NCBI RefSeq assembly: GCF_001194135.2
Contig: NC_068981.1
Coordinates: 68,194,575-68,255,138, forward strand
Length of the DNA: 60,564 nucleotides
Reading direction: 5' to 3'
DNA from: Octopus bimaculoides
Lineage: Eukaryota
Shown: in pieces, positions 1 through 11,145 of the stretch
How positions within the stretch are numbered: the stretch's first letter is position 1
Layout: each line of letters starts with the position of its first letter
Position numbers and translations under genes: made by a program
The notes under the pieces: model-generated
Told to the model about the DNA's origin: nothing
Databases searched by the model: none
Seen by the model: only the letters and a program-made list of their open reading frames with translations

Positions 1-23
1 ATATATATACATATATATGATAA

Positions 24-190
24 GCTTCTTTCAGTTTCCGTCTACCAAATCTACTCACAAGGCTTTGGTCGACTCGAGGCTATAGTAATATAGTAAGAGA
101 CATTTGCCCAAGATGCCACGCAGTGGGAATGAACCCGGAAGCATGTAGTTGGTAAGCAGGCTACTTACCACACACCCACTCCTGCGCCTA
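24..190 (-). mobile_element. tRNA-derived SINE, family A, 5' half
   Basis: The minus strand begins aggcgcaggagtggg.. with Pol III A-box-like and B-box-like (cttccgggttcattccc) segments. The same sequence recurs at 2118-2188, ~50810-50920 and 60497-60564. Confidence 0.85.
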
Positions 191-399
191 TGAATAGGAG
201 GAGGAGGAGGCAACAACGACGGCAATCGATTGCTGCGGCGGCGGTAATGATCCTTCCACAGGCTCTTAGACTTCTCTATGCTAAACACGAATGATACTTT
301 TTTTAATGATAGTCAAAGAATTGAAGAACGACATATTTATGAGCTAAAATGATTTGGGGGCGTATCTCCTCGTTATATACAAGTTTGTGCCGTAATATT

Positions 400-2384
400 T
401 ATAAGTGTTTTCAAACAGAGAAATGGATGTGTTAACTCGCGATATGCAAACGTCTGTAAATGGAACTAAATATTTCATTGTTTAAAACTTATCTTCTCAT
501 ACTTTAGCATTAAAATAATCTGCTTTCCAGAGACAGAGACTTATTTCATTCATAGAAAAAACAAGACAATTCCATAGAAATCATTTTAAAGAAAATGTAA
601 TGAAAAATATTCCCTTCATAAAATCGCACACAAAGACACCTACATATACGCAAAGTTGCGTTACGGTATATGTACATACATACCCTGCCTCCACTCACAC
701 GCAAACATACGTACATGCACATGTACCTATCTCTCTCCAACTCTGTCGATTCTGACTCTCTTAACATATCCATTGGCTTCATCAGTGGCAGTTCACAGAT
801 ACTAGATTCATGTATTCAAATGTCCAGAATTCTGCTCTAAATGAAATTATAGCTGCATAGTAACTTATAATGATCTTTGCTACATAAAACAAGACGATTA
901 TTGTTTGACGTAGGAAAGAGGAGGAGGCTAACACCCTGGGTCAATCTTAAAAATTATTATCATACAACCTACCACGGGAAGGTTTAGAAAATTTTAGATT
1001 GACATATTTAGGGCATTTGAATTACATATATTCATTAGACCTATCTAGAGATAATTATTTTACTACATGACTACGGTAGATCGTTAGATAAAAAAAAAAA
1101 AATTAATAGTACGCCACCGGGAAAAAATGGCGAACCTGCATATTTCCGGAGGCAGTGCTACTACGGTCAAATTATATTAAATGAAATTGTCTCGAGTATA
1201 ATTTGAAGAATCTTGAAACATTCATCGAACCGAAATAGTGCATATGGAACAGCACCTATTTTAACAATACGTCAGAAAACAGAGACTACTCTGCTTTGTT
1301 TAGACATGATTAGATACATCAAATCTTAAATCTGTGATAGAATGTTGAGTTCCCCATGCCTAGAGAATGTCACTGCTAGCGTTAATCAAGACTCCAATCA
1401 AGAACAAATCCATTCAATGCACATGTTTGAAAGTAAAATAAAACTTCGAAAATTATTACAAAACTGCAAACTTATGCCAATATTTTGCTGACGTTATATT
1501 GTGGTTCCGGGAAACGTGACATAGCAACAGTTATCTGCTTATTAACATACAAAGGCTGTAAATCAGATTTACAACCAATGCCGTCAAAAACTGGTGCAAC
1601 CAAAATCTCACTGATTTGGGACATAGTAATTTTAACAGCCTTAGGATATGTATCTGGAATTACTCGGACCAAGGACATGACAGCCTTTAGTTTAACATGC
1701 AACCCCATACATACACGATCCGGTTCTATATAAACTAAATGATAATAAATCATTATGTCACGTCTGCATGAGAAAATGAATGTAGGAAAGTAATCGAGAT
1801 GTGTTTGAACTGATTCTCAAATGGGGTTGGAATTTTCGTTAGAGCCAATGAAATACTGTAGTAATGGTGAAATAATTAAATGTTAATATTAGAAAGTTAT
1901 AAATTTGGAATAATGATTTCTATAATGTAGCTTAATTATGGTGAAGACAATTCTGAAAAACGTCTTCAGATATACAAGTAGGGTATCAAACTAATTTAAT
2001 TCAGATATACTCATCACAATACTTTTTTAAAAGTATTCACGGAATGGCAAAGCTGCAAAAATCGACTGTGCTGCAATTGAATAAGGGATGTATATCTTCA
2101 AGTTCATGTAGCTAGCAGCAGTGGGACTGAACCTGAAACCATGTGGTTGGGAAGCAAGCTTCTTACCACACAGACACTCCTGCACCTATACAGCCACTCT
2201 TATATGCATATATGCACATATAAAGTTATATTTATGTATATATGAATGTACGTACACATGTATGTATGTACATCATTATTCAGCTTTTTTTCAAGATTTC
2301 TTCTCAATAGAGAAAGAAGCGGCTTCCAATCTAGACCCAAAGCTCCTTCATTGGAATTTCAACATCAAATAACAGGGTACGTAG

Positions 2385-2420
<36 letters not shown>

Positions 2421-2740
2421 GGTTTAGATATAGATTCAAGGCTTGAATATGGTACTTATGCGAAGGTACCCGAATATCACATCCCAAAAGGATGGGTGAT
2501 TAAAATCAACAATAAGCAACACGGATTTCAAAAGTGATTGCAGTACGCACGTTTCATGCTACTTCAATTTATTTAAGTAATGTGATCATTACCTTAAATG
2601 CAATATGAAGAGCAATCTTCAGCTGCACGAAAAAATGCAGAAAAAAAGACATATTACAAATGTGGCAACATATTAAAACCAAGTGGGAGAGAGCATACAT
2701 AAAATCCAAATGTGAGGAAGAATATATAAGTCCATCTTGC
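400..2740 (+). pseudogene. Decayed LRR / Toll-like-receptor-like ectodomain relic, interrupted by a SINE and microsatellites
   Basis: Manual translation: HLNYIYSLDLSRDN (1014-1055, LRR); NPF-x-CTC with a 1-nt frameshift (1407-1426, LRRCT); KGCKSDLQP then NAVKNWCNQNLTDL (~1551-1620, LRRNT-like); GMAKLQK (~2041, LRR-like); SIEKEAASNLDPKLLHWNFNIK (~2305-2370); SN-FSCT and YKCGN (~2610-2670). Many stops and frameshifts. Confidence 0.55.
2118..2188 (-). mobile_element. SINE family A, tRNA-like head only
   Basis: gcagtgggactgaacctgaaaccatgtggttgggaagcaagcttcttaccacacagacactcctgcacct matches the head at 119-190. Confidence 0.8.
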
Positions 2741-2742
2741 CA

Positions 2743-2900
2743 TATATATATATGTATGTCTGTCTGTCTGTCTGTCTGTCTGTATGTATGTGTGTATGTA
2801 TGTATGTATATATGTATGTATGTATGTATGTATGCATGCATGTATGTATGTATGTATGTACATATGTATGTATGCATGTATGTATGTATGTATATGTGTA
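2743..2900. repeat. Compound microsatellite (TA)n/(TCTG)n/(TATG)n
   Basis: Directly visible. Confidence 0.95.
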
Positions 2901-2904
2901 GATT

Positions 2905-3275
2905 TCTATGTTTTATATATGTCTTCTCGTGAATATAGTCTTATATCTAGACATGCCCATAGATATTAAAATGATAGACCACTGGAAAGTTTCACAAGCT
3001 TTTACTATTCCAGAGGTGGGTTGGCTCTGCAGCCTTCGAATTTGATTTCTCCTGTCTGGTTTTGAGAAGCCAAATTTCTTAAGATTGGTCCTTAAACAGT
3101 GTGGTACCTATCTCAGGGCCCCAGTCATTACAATTATGAACCTGAACTTGTAATCAGGATAGAGTAACTGCAGATCTCTGAATAGTTGAGCGTAGGTATT
3201 CTCTTTTACACTGATCTTCATCTTTATGTTAACATCCTCTAGGCTGCTAATTTCCACAGATGTACCCAGTTTCTC
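2905..3275 (-). mobile_element. 3' fragment of an RLE-type (R2-group; R4/NeSL/HERO-like) non-LTR retrotransposon
   Basis: Minus-strand reading VEISSLEDVNIKMKISVKENTYAQLFRDLQLLYPDYKFRFIIVMTGAL resembles the C-terminal half of the restriction-like endonuclease domain (..E.S.P..N..K..EK...Y..L....P..IGALG). A short 3' UTR follows and runs into (CATA)n. Confidence 0.75.
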
Positions 3276-3752
3276 TCTCGTATGTATGTATGTATGTATG
3301 TATGTATGTATGTATGTATGCATGCATGTATGCATGTATGTATCTATGTATGTATGCATGCATGTATGTATGTATGTATGTATTATGGATGTATGTATGA
3401 ATGTATGTAAATGCATGCCAATATGCATGAATGACGCTCAAATTTACAACAGCAACAGAAATAAAATTATGAGATAAAATGCGTGAAAGAAAAATTGCAA
3501 ACAACGTAAATGATTGACTGAATATGAATAAGAACATAAATCGAAAGACAATAAAATAATAAATACAGAAAAGTATATGCAGACTATAATGTAACATTCT
3601 GAGTAATGCACTTTATCAAAGACTATAACGACAGTGAGGTATCACGAGAAAAAACAAAGAATATAAGATACAACATATGTCAATGAACTGTTTGCATTAG
3701 AGATATGCAGATTTATATGTATCTCTCTGTCCCTCTACTCACGCTCATTCCA

Positions 3753-3770
3753 TCTCTCTCTCTCTCTCTC

Positions 3771-3830
<60 letters not shown>

Positions 3831-3838
3831 TCTCTCTC
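3753..3838. repeat. (CT)n microsatellite
   Basis: Directly visible. Confidence 0.95.
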
Positions 3839-4019
3839 TATATATATATATATGTATGTATGTATGTATATGAGTGAGTTGACAAGCGAAAGAAGGGCAC
3901 TCAACCAATTTATTGAGAGCTACATGGATAGATCAAAGAGTTTGATTCAAATTCGTAGGTACTCTTGAGGTACTCTGCCATCAGACACTTTGAATACATA
4001 TACATGTGTGCGTGTGTTT

Positions 4020-4065
<46 letters not shown>

Positions 4066-4084
4066 GCGTGTGTGTGTGTGAGTA

Positions 4085-4330
4085 TACTGCGTTCCGTAAC
4101 GCTTGTATTCTTTTTCGCACACACGGCAACCAGGAATGCCTTCCGAGGAATTGAAATAGAACTTGTTTTCAACTCATCGTTCTTCGGTAATAGGAAAACA
4201 AAAATTCGCAACCTTCCATCTCAATAAACAACTATTGTTCCCGAATGTTTTCTGTTATATATTCACTATGGATTCCTCGAAGCTAATTTCCTTACTACAC
4301 CTCGATCACTGGTTCTTACGTTTATATACT
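4085..4330 (+). pseudogene. LRR relic fragment
   Basis: RNAFRGIEIELVF..GNRKTKIRNLP and, in another frame, FHLNKQLLFPNVF..SKLISLLHLDH show LRR-like periodicity. Confidence 0.35.
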
Positions 4331-5250
4331 TGTTCCTTATATACTTATTCCAATGAACGCCTACTAGGTGGAAGACACGGAAATTGAGGAAATGAAATTA
4401 AACACGTCGCTTCAGGATATAGAACTTACCAACAAAAACGAGTACACAAAACTTATTATTCCCGCTAATAACGAATTGATTCGACAAATGCGATGAAAAG
4501 CCCTCTTTTCTCTCAGCACCTCTACTATCCAAGCCATCAAGCTCTACTGCACAAATTTAGATCCAGCAAAATCTCATCTCATTAACCGACACCTTGATAA
4601 CTTCAAACAACACCATACCGACATCGTCAAAGACATAACATTTAAACCCAAAAGAAAACACAACACACAAATATACCTCTTGCCATAATAGAGAATAGCA
4701 CACGATGCCACCGGAAACAATAGGAGAAAATAGGAAGATGTACCTCCTTGCAACAATGTAGCCTTTAATCTGATCAGATATCCTTGGCCTAAAGCGTAGC
4801 CGCCGGTATACACCTCACTTGGATTTTAACACTTCTGAGGTTCCATTAACTACGAAACATAGGTACCACGGATTTCCAATACTCCATTCCGTAACTCTTG
4901 CATGTGCATGTATATATATATATATATATATNNNNNNNNNNNNNNNNNNNNNNNNNNNNNNNNNNNNNNNNNNNNNNNNNNNNNNNNNNNNNNNNNNNNN
5001 NNNNNNNNNNNNNNNNNNNNNNNNNNNNNNNNNNNNNNNNNNNNNNNNNNNNNNNNNNNNNNNNNNNNNNNNNNNNNNNNNNNNNNNNNNNNNNNNNNNN
5101 NNNNNNNNNNNNNNNNNNNNNNNNNNNNNNNNNNNNNNNNNNNNNNNNNNNNNNNNNNNNNNNNNNNNNNNNNNNNNNNNNNNNNNNNNNNNNNNNNNNN
5201 NNNNNNNNNNNNNNNNNNNNNNNNNNNNNNNNNNNNNNNNNNNNNNNNNA

Positions 5251-5353
5251 ATTTCGGACCAGGGTTCTCATTCCTAAAGTATTTTTCGAAGTTGTAATAA
5301 TAACAATAATAATGCTAATAATAATAATGATGATGATAATAATGATAATAATG

Positions 5354-5411
<58 letters not shown>

Positions 5412-5572
5412 CTTAGGAATGAGAACCCGGGTTCGAAATTACCCTAAGACACCTGATGAAGGCTGGGGAGTATACTATCCGAAACGTTGTGTTAATAAAC
5501 AAGATGAGGACAAATATCCGTCAAATGTAAATTACGTAAATAATGTACATAATTCCTCATCTCTTAAATATA
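5251..5572. mobile_element. Penelope-like element terminal repeats in inverted arrangement around (AAT)n
   Basis: 5251-5280 (atttcggaccagggttctcattcctaaagt) is the near reverse complement of 5411-5440. The plus copy continues into the ctgatga..ccgaaacgttgtg motif typical of Penelope pseudo-LTRs. Confidence 0.7.
5448..5493 (+). ncRNA. Minimal type I hammerhead ribozyme motif
   Basis: Stem I GACAC (5448-52) pairs with GTGTT (5489-93). Core CTGATGA (5453-59). Stem II GGCTGG/CTATCC has one mismatch. GAAA at 5481-84. Loopless palindromic stem III (AACGTT) with a GUU cleavage triplet ending at 5488. Confidence 0.65.
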
Positions 5573-5591
5573 TATGTATATATGTATATTA

Positions 5592-6000
5592 CTAGCAGAT
5601 GTGTTCCGGACATTCTCGGTATAGAAAACACTTTGTAGCGCTCAAGTGATTTGAACTTAAACTCCGATGTCTTTACAAGTCACCAATAATTCGGTGTACA
5701 GGGTGGCTATAAGAGAAATCAAAGTCAGTTGTTATGGTGCTAAATATATAGATAAACAATTTGAATATGACACCATGGATTGACATAAAATATATATATA
5801 GTTACAAACAGAAGGTAATCAAAGACTGAAACATTCAGACGATGAGTATTTAAGTATAAATTTTAGTATGAATACTTAAAAACGTATAAATTTTAGTATG
5901 AATACTTAAAAACGTTTCTTGATAAATCATAATTCCATAGTTTACAAATGGGGGAGACGTAAGGTTTTATAAGTCCAACAACTGCATCTGGGGCCTCAGC
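5592..6000 (-). mobile_element. Probable Helitron 3' terminal fragment
   Basis: The minus strand ends ..ccgagaatgtccggaacacatctgCTAG|T, resembling the Helitron 3' end at 25595-25621. Contains a perfect 30-bp tandem duplication (5854-5913). The inner boundary is a guess. Confidence 0.4.
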
Positions 6001-6039
6001 CTCCGTCAGCGCCCTGAGATCGAAGCTGAATTGATCCAA

Positions 6040-6459
6040 TGATTATTTGCTTCCATTTCAATCTGAATGTTGTGGTGTACTACATGCGAGAACATTATGA
6101 TGGATGTCCAAGCCTCTAGGAATACTGATTGAACTTATAACTTTCCCTCCCCCTTTAATTAACTCTGTCGTTCGTATCCTATGTAAGTTTGATCTATTAA
6201 TAAACATTTCTATATATTTGTATTTGAATATTAATCGTCTTCAGTCCTTGCTTTCCTTCTTTTGCATGCGTACATTCACACACATACACCCACACACACA
6301 CACACACCCACCCACACACATACACACACACACACACATATATATATTTATGTATCAATACTAAGCTAATATATTTAATTTGTTTATCCGCATAAGTGTA
6401 TACACATACACATGCGCGCGCGCACACACAAACACAGACGCTAACCCACACACACACAG

Positions 6460-6517
<58 letters not shown>

Positions 6518-6525
6518 ATACATAC

Positions 6526-6570
<45 letters not shown>

Positions 6571-6870
6571 CATACACAAACACATAGTAAATTATTCTCC
6601 CTATGTTCAGTTATAATAAAGTCACTTTTACAAGAATGTCCTTAGTTTCGGTCAGGCTAGCCACTATTGGCTTAACTGATCGAAATGTCGATGGCACTGT
6701 CAATGTTATTCTTCCTTAACAATAATATATATATATATATATGTATATTTGAAGAAACTGTCGAGAACAGGAAGGGGTGCGGTTGCACATTTACTTTTCG
6801 TTATTACACTTATGTTGTTGTAGGGTAGTTAAACAGCTGAATTTCACAGTGGCTGACGTGAGAATATATG
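6040..6870 (+). pseudogene. TLR-like relic: LRRNT - LRR - LRRCT - TM - juxtamembrane
   Basis: PFQSECC (~6047-6067); YLYLNINRLQSL (6215-6250); WHCQC (6692-6706); hydrophobic GAVAHLLFVITLMLL (~6776-6820); ISQWLT (~6842-6859). Domain order matches a TLR C-terminal ectodomain and membrane anchor. Confidence 0.55.
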
Positions 6871-6904
6871 TTCGTATATACATATATACATATATCTGTA
6901 TATA

Positions 6905-8145
6905 CAGGATGCGACGAGTATTTGAGGACAGATTTGGTATACAATAAAACAACTATATTTCAGCATAAATAAATATGTATTTGAATAAACATTTGTGCAA
7001 TTAGTCTTGATAATGTTTTTTAAAGGAAATTATTCTATGAAAGTGCCTTCGGCTTCGATGACCGAATACGGTGGCATGCTGACACTATATGGTCCTTGTT
7101 CATTTCAGACATCACCTGGACAATGGCGGCCTTCAGTGGTTTTATGGTTTTATGAGGATGACGATTAGTCTCCCTTCCAACAACGTTCCATATGTAATAG
7201 TCAATGGGTTCCAAATCTGGGGAGTTTGAAAGCCACATATTGGATGTTACATAATCGTAAAAATTGTCTGACAACCGTTTGTGGGTGACTAGGGCTTTGT
7301 GAGGAGGGGCTGAGTCTCGTTGAAACACGTATGGCCTTCCATTGCATACTTCATCAATCCAGGGCTTGATAGCAGTTTCCAGTACCTCAATGTACCTAGC
7401 AGCATTAATTGTAAGAACCTGTGAGAAAAAGTGGGGAGGCATCACATAACGATCGGTACTCACCACTCCTAAACCCATCACAGCTTCTGGAAATTTTGTC
7501 TGTATCACTCTGGGTATTTCAGAAGGATCTGCACATAATCACCTCTCATTTCTTCTGTTAGACATTGGGTCCTGGTCGAATTTTTTTTTCGTCAGAGGAA
7601 AAACAAAGTGTAAGCCTTGTTAGGGAAGGTTTTTCACTTTGATGAGTAACAGTTTTGAACGAACATTGAGGGTTTTCATGAGTCTTTGCAGACACGAATT
7701 CACCTTTCCTCATTATTTAGGACATGTAGGAAATGTCACAAAGTACCACAGTTCTGGTAGTCCAATTTGGCACACGACGTTCTTTAGCAATGGACCTCAT
7801 TGATCTTCTGTGTTTTCATCGATAATGTTTTGAACATCTTGTATAAATTCATATGTCCTTTTAGTGTCTGAGCGTTGAGTTGAGAGCGTTTAGCTCTATT
7901 TGATGGAGGTTAAACATCACCATCACCATCACCTGCCTTCAATTCCAACCGAACTTTGTGTACAAATGATTAGACAACTTTTAGAGAGTTGCTGATTTCT
8001 ACGATGCAACTACGACTGCATGTCTTTACGTTACTTGAATTAGCATGATATCTTGAAAGAGTTATCTGAAAAAAATAATACATTAAATAATTCGAAGGTG
8101 TAATGAACTAAAACCGAAATGTCCTCAAATACCCCTCGCACCCTG
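6905..8145 (-). mobile_element. Full-length non-functional Tc1/mariner transposon, maT (DD37D) type
   Basis: 26-bp TIRs at 6905-6930 and 8120-8145 differ at 3 positions, each flanked by TA (6903-04, 8146-47). Element length 1241 bp. Transposase remnant inside. Confidence 0.92.
7035..7508 (-). pseudogene. maT transposase catalytic-domain remnant
   Basis: ..YVFQRDSAPPH..NSPDLEPIDYYIW.. with exactly 37 residues between the second and third D. The N-terminal part upstream is disrupted. Confidence 0.9.
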
Positions 8146-8176
8146 TACATACACAGACGCACATATATATATAAAT

Positions 8177-8510
8177 AGCGGAGGCGCAATGGTCCAGTGG
8201 TTACGGCAGCGGACTTGCAGTCGTAGGATCGCGATTACAATTTCCAGATCTGTCGTTGTGAATGTTTATTGAGTGAAAACACCTAAAACGCCACATGGCT
8301 GTAGTCTTTCACCATAACTTTCACTCTTTCTTCCTGTTTCTGTTGTTCCTGTATTTCAAAGGACCAGCCTTGTCACGTTGAATCGCCTCGAGAACTACGT
8401 TAAGCTTACACGTGTGTGTGGAATGCTCAGTCTCTTGCATGTTTATTTCCCAAGCAGCCTGCTCCGTTGAACGGATCAACTGGAGCCCTCGTCGTCTTAA
8501 CCAATGGAGT
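8177..8510 (+). mobile_element. tRNA-derived SINE, family C
   Basis: tRNA-like head (tggtccagtggttacggcagcggac..). The 3' tail (cctgtatttcaaagg..gagaactacgttaag..tccgttg..ctgga.ccct..tcgtc.taacc) is shared with the element at 16723-17030. Confidence 0.8.
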
Positions 8511-8593
8511 TCTACGACGATGGCATGTATATANNNNNNNNNNATATATATATATATATATATGTATATGCATATATGTATATCTATGTGTGT

Positions 8594-8632
<39 letters not shown>

Positions 8633-8779
8633 TGTATGCGTGCAAATTAACATCGATAAAACAAAGAATAGTAATGGTTCGCAACTTAATTGTTTAATTA
8701 GGAAAATATAGAAATGTGAAATGCCTCCTCAAATTTATAAATTTGAAATAAATATAGAAGGAATAAATAGTAATTTTCC

Positions 8780-9260
8780 AATTGGCAGTCAAACAGTTAA
8801 TTTTATTGTTTATGCTTGTAAAATATTCTGAAATTATGTATGCATCATTTTCCCTTTAGATTGTGAAGACTGGAAACTTCTTTTGCTATATTTTATTTAA
8901 AATTATATACACAAATATATGCAAATTGGCCAACTATTGTCGTTCATCAGTAATTATAAATTTTTCAATTGTACGAAAAATTCTCACGTCAACCATTGTG
9001 AAATTTAAATCTGTAATTATCCTACATCAACATAAATTCTTCCAAGTCTATGTGCTTCACTAAATCGTATATGTGCTACTCTTAAAACTTATCTCCATGC
9101 GTATTAGGTAAATTGCACCGGATTAACATCTACTCATTTAAGGTTACAGTGTCCTCGAATAGTTCAGAAACATTCAGAGAAAAGGTAATTGTACATTATT
9201 TTGACCTGTACATTTCGGCCGAGAATAGCAACAATGCATTTGCGAATATTATACTTTATC
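8780..9260 (-). pseudogene. TLR-like relic (LRRCT / juxtamembrane / start of TIR)
   Basis: Minus strand: KIMYNYL, GHCN, ISQWLT and KFIITDERQ. Nucleotides ~8980-9045 are homologous, in inverted orientation, to 6805-6867. Confidence 0.4.
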
Positions 9261-9261
9261 G

Positions 9262-9340
9262 GATTGATAAAGTTAAAGCATTGATAAAGTTGAGGCATTG
9301 ATAAAGTTGACGCATTGATAAAGTTGAAGAATTGATTAAG
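9262..9340. repeat. 17-bp minisatellite, 4 copies plus a partial (cattgataaagttgagg)
   Basis: Directly visible. Confidence 0.9.
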
Positions 9341-9859
9341 AACAAAGTGCGTCTCGTGTTGTCTGTGCATAACGTTAAAGCACCAAAATGCCTTATCTAC
9401 ATGACAAAATGAACTATTCAAATAAATTATCGTTTATCCCTCACTGAATATCATGAACATATAAAAGTAATTCTCTTTACTCATAACCCTCTTATGAAAA
9501 ATTCATAACGTTTTATTTTACATAATTTATAAAAAAATCGAAATTTTATGAAGTACAATATCATGAAATATTCTTCACAGAATGTTTTAATATCAACATT
9601 TCCTGGTCTATGGGTCATATTTTTCCTAATAAAATATTAACCGATGATTGTACTTGTTTTAAATTTGGATGTTAAAGCAATTGCCGTAGTAATTAAATTT
9701 AATTTGCTATGCATGCAGAATAACTAACAGATAAATAAAAATAAGTAGTGGGAGTGATTCGACTAAAATACTTCAAGGTGCCGTCAGTACCGGCGCGTTT
9801 TTCATTCGTTAGTCGACAAAAGAGGGAACCTATGTGCTAATGATTAAAACAAGAAAATG

Positions 9860-10450
9860 ATAATAGATGAAACATAAACGGAATACGTAATCGTATAATT
9901 TTAATATGCCATAACAATTATTCTGACCCCGAATCGTAATGTGATATTTTGTAAACGACAGCAAATAATCATAATAATCTTAATATTAACAACAGCAACA
10001 ATAGTTAGGAGAGCGGTGAGGGTGTGGATGACGATAATGATGATGATGTTGTTCATGGTGGTGGCGGTAGGGGTGATTTTGGCTGTCTTCATAATGAGAA
10101 TGGTTATAATTATGATGTCGACGAAGACGACGACGACCGCGACGATGGCAGCGATGGCAGCGACGACGACGACCACGGCGATGACGATGGTGATGTTGGT
10201 ATCTTTTCAGAAAAAGGGAATAGAAAATCACATGAATGTTATTATTGATACTACGGAGCGAGGGCATTCTCCTTTGGCAAATAGAGAGTACGTCATCAGA
10301 AGTGAAAGCATAATTTGATCTCTGTTATGTTTCTATTAGAAGGAACACAATCTAACGTTGCAGGCAATCCGCTACATTGGGATCATTTCTATGAGAATTT
10401 GAATACAAGAAACGTTAGATGTTTTCTACTCACGGCTACAAACTCATCTT
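9860..10450 (+). pseudogene. LRR / LRRCT relic interrupted by a trinucleotide-like low-complexity tract
   Basis: NVAGNPLHWD (10354-10383) closely resembles the LRRCT cap L.GNPL.CDC. PLANREYV lies upstream. A (GAT/GAC/GGT)-rich tract occupies ~9960-10200. Confidence 0.45.
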
Positions 10451-10756
10451 GAATTATATATTTCTTTATTTCTCGTCTAAAATATTTGAATAAAAATAAA
10501 TTATTGCACTTGTTTACTGAATATGATACACAGAATCATTGAGAACTTAGTAAGAATGTGCATGAAAGAACTACAGCAATATACATATTAAATATTGAAG
10601 TATAATTATTACTATTTCAACAACATTAAGACTATTAAGTAAATAATAATAATAATATAATACGTGAATAGTCTCCAGTGTGTTCTGTATAAAGGTTATG
10701 TATTTGAAATGTAAAAACTTCGAATTAAATAAATATTTCTATAATCTGATATGAAA

Positions 10757-11145
10757 GGCATTCCATCGTTGTTTGATGATGGCAAATCTGTAATCTCAAA
10801 CATGAGATCGCATGTGACTCCGCAATCCTAAGTTGGAAGCACAGAGGCCCACACAAATGTCACAGCAATAGTCAGTAGAATGGACTGAGGTGGATAGTGC
10901 CCTGTGACATCATTTTCTTGCAGCATTGAGACGCTGTAGCCAGTCCTCTTCGATGGTAGCTGCTGCTCGTGAGGCGAGAGACCTCCAAGCTGCACTACCT
11001 GCAGAAGAGGATTCGAGTTTATGTGGTCTAATGCTGCTCCGTTTGTGGTAAATTTTCAGATTGTCTGCGTACCTCAGTTTAGGTTTTCCTCTGTTTGCGT
11101 GAGCCCTGCATGAGCTCGTTGTACAACAGATGTCTGGTTACACGG
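10757..11145 (-). mobile_element. RTE-clade LINE, 3' end
   Basis: Minus translation RHLLYNELMQGSRKQRKPKLRYADNLK..SAAWRSL..YCCDICVGLCASNLGLRSHMRSH*: RTE C-terminus with a C2H2 knuckle, then a short 3' UTR ending ..aacgatggaatgcc. Confidence 0.85.

Noticed and set aside
1472-1753. Overlapping sense/antisense ORFs both containing GCKSDLQP
   Set aside because: The shared peptide comes from a short DNA palindrome (tgtaaatc-a-gatttaca). The plus strand is better explained as a broken LRRNT relic, and neither ORF is a credible gene.
2284-2378. Possible spliced exon (cag|..AGG|gtacgt)
   Set aside because: The acceptor is weak, and the sequence fits better as part of the unspliced LRR relic, which has an in-frame stop.
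4400-4900. Possible Penelope ORF 5' region
   Set aside because: Adjacent to the Penelope termini, but multiple stops and no diagnostic motif; left unannotated.
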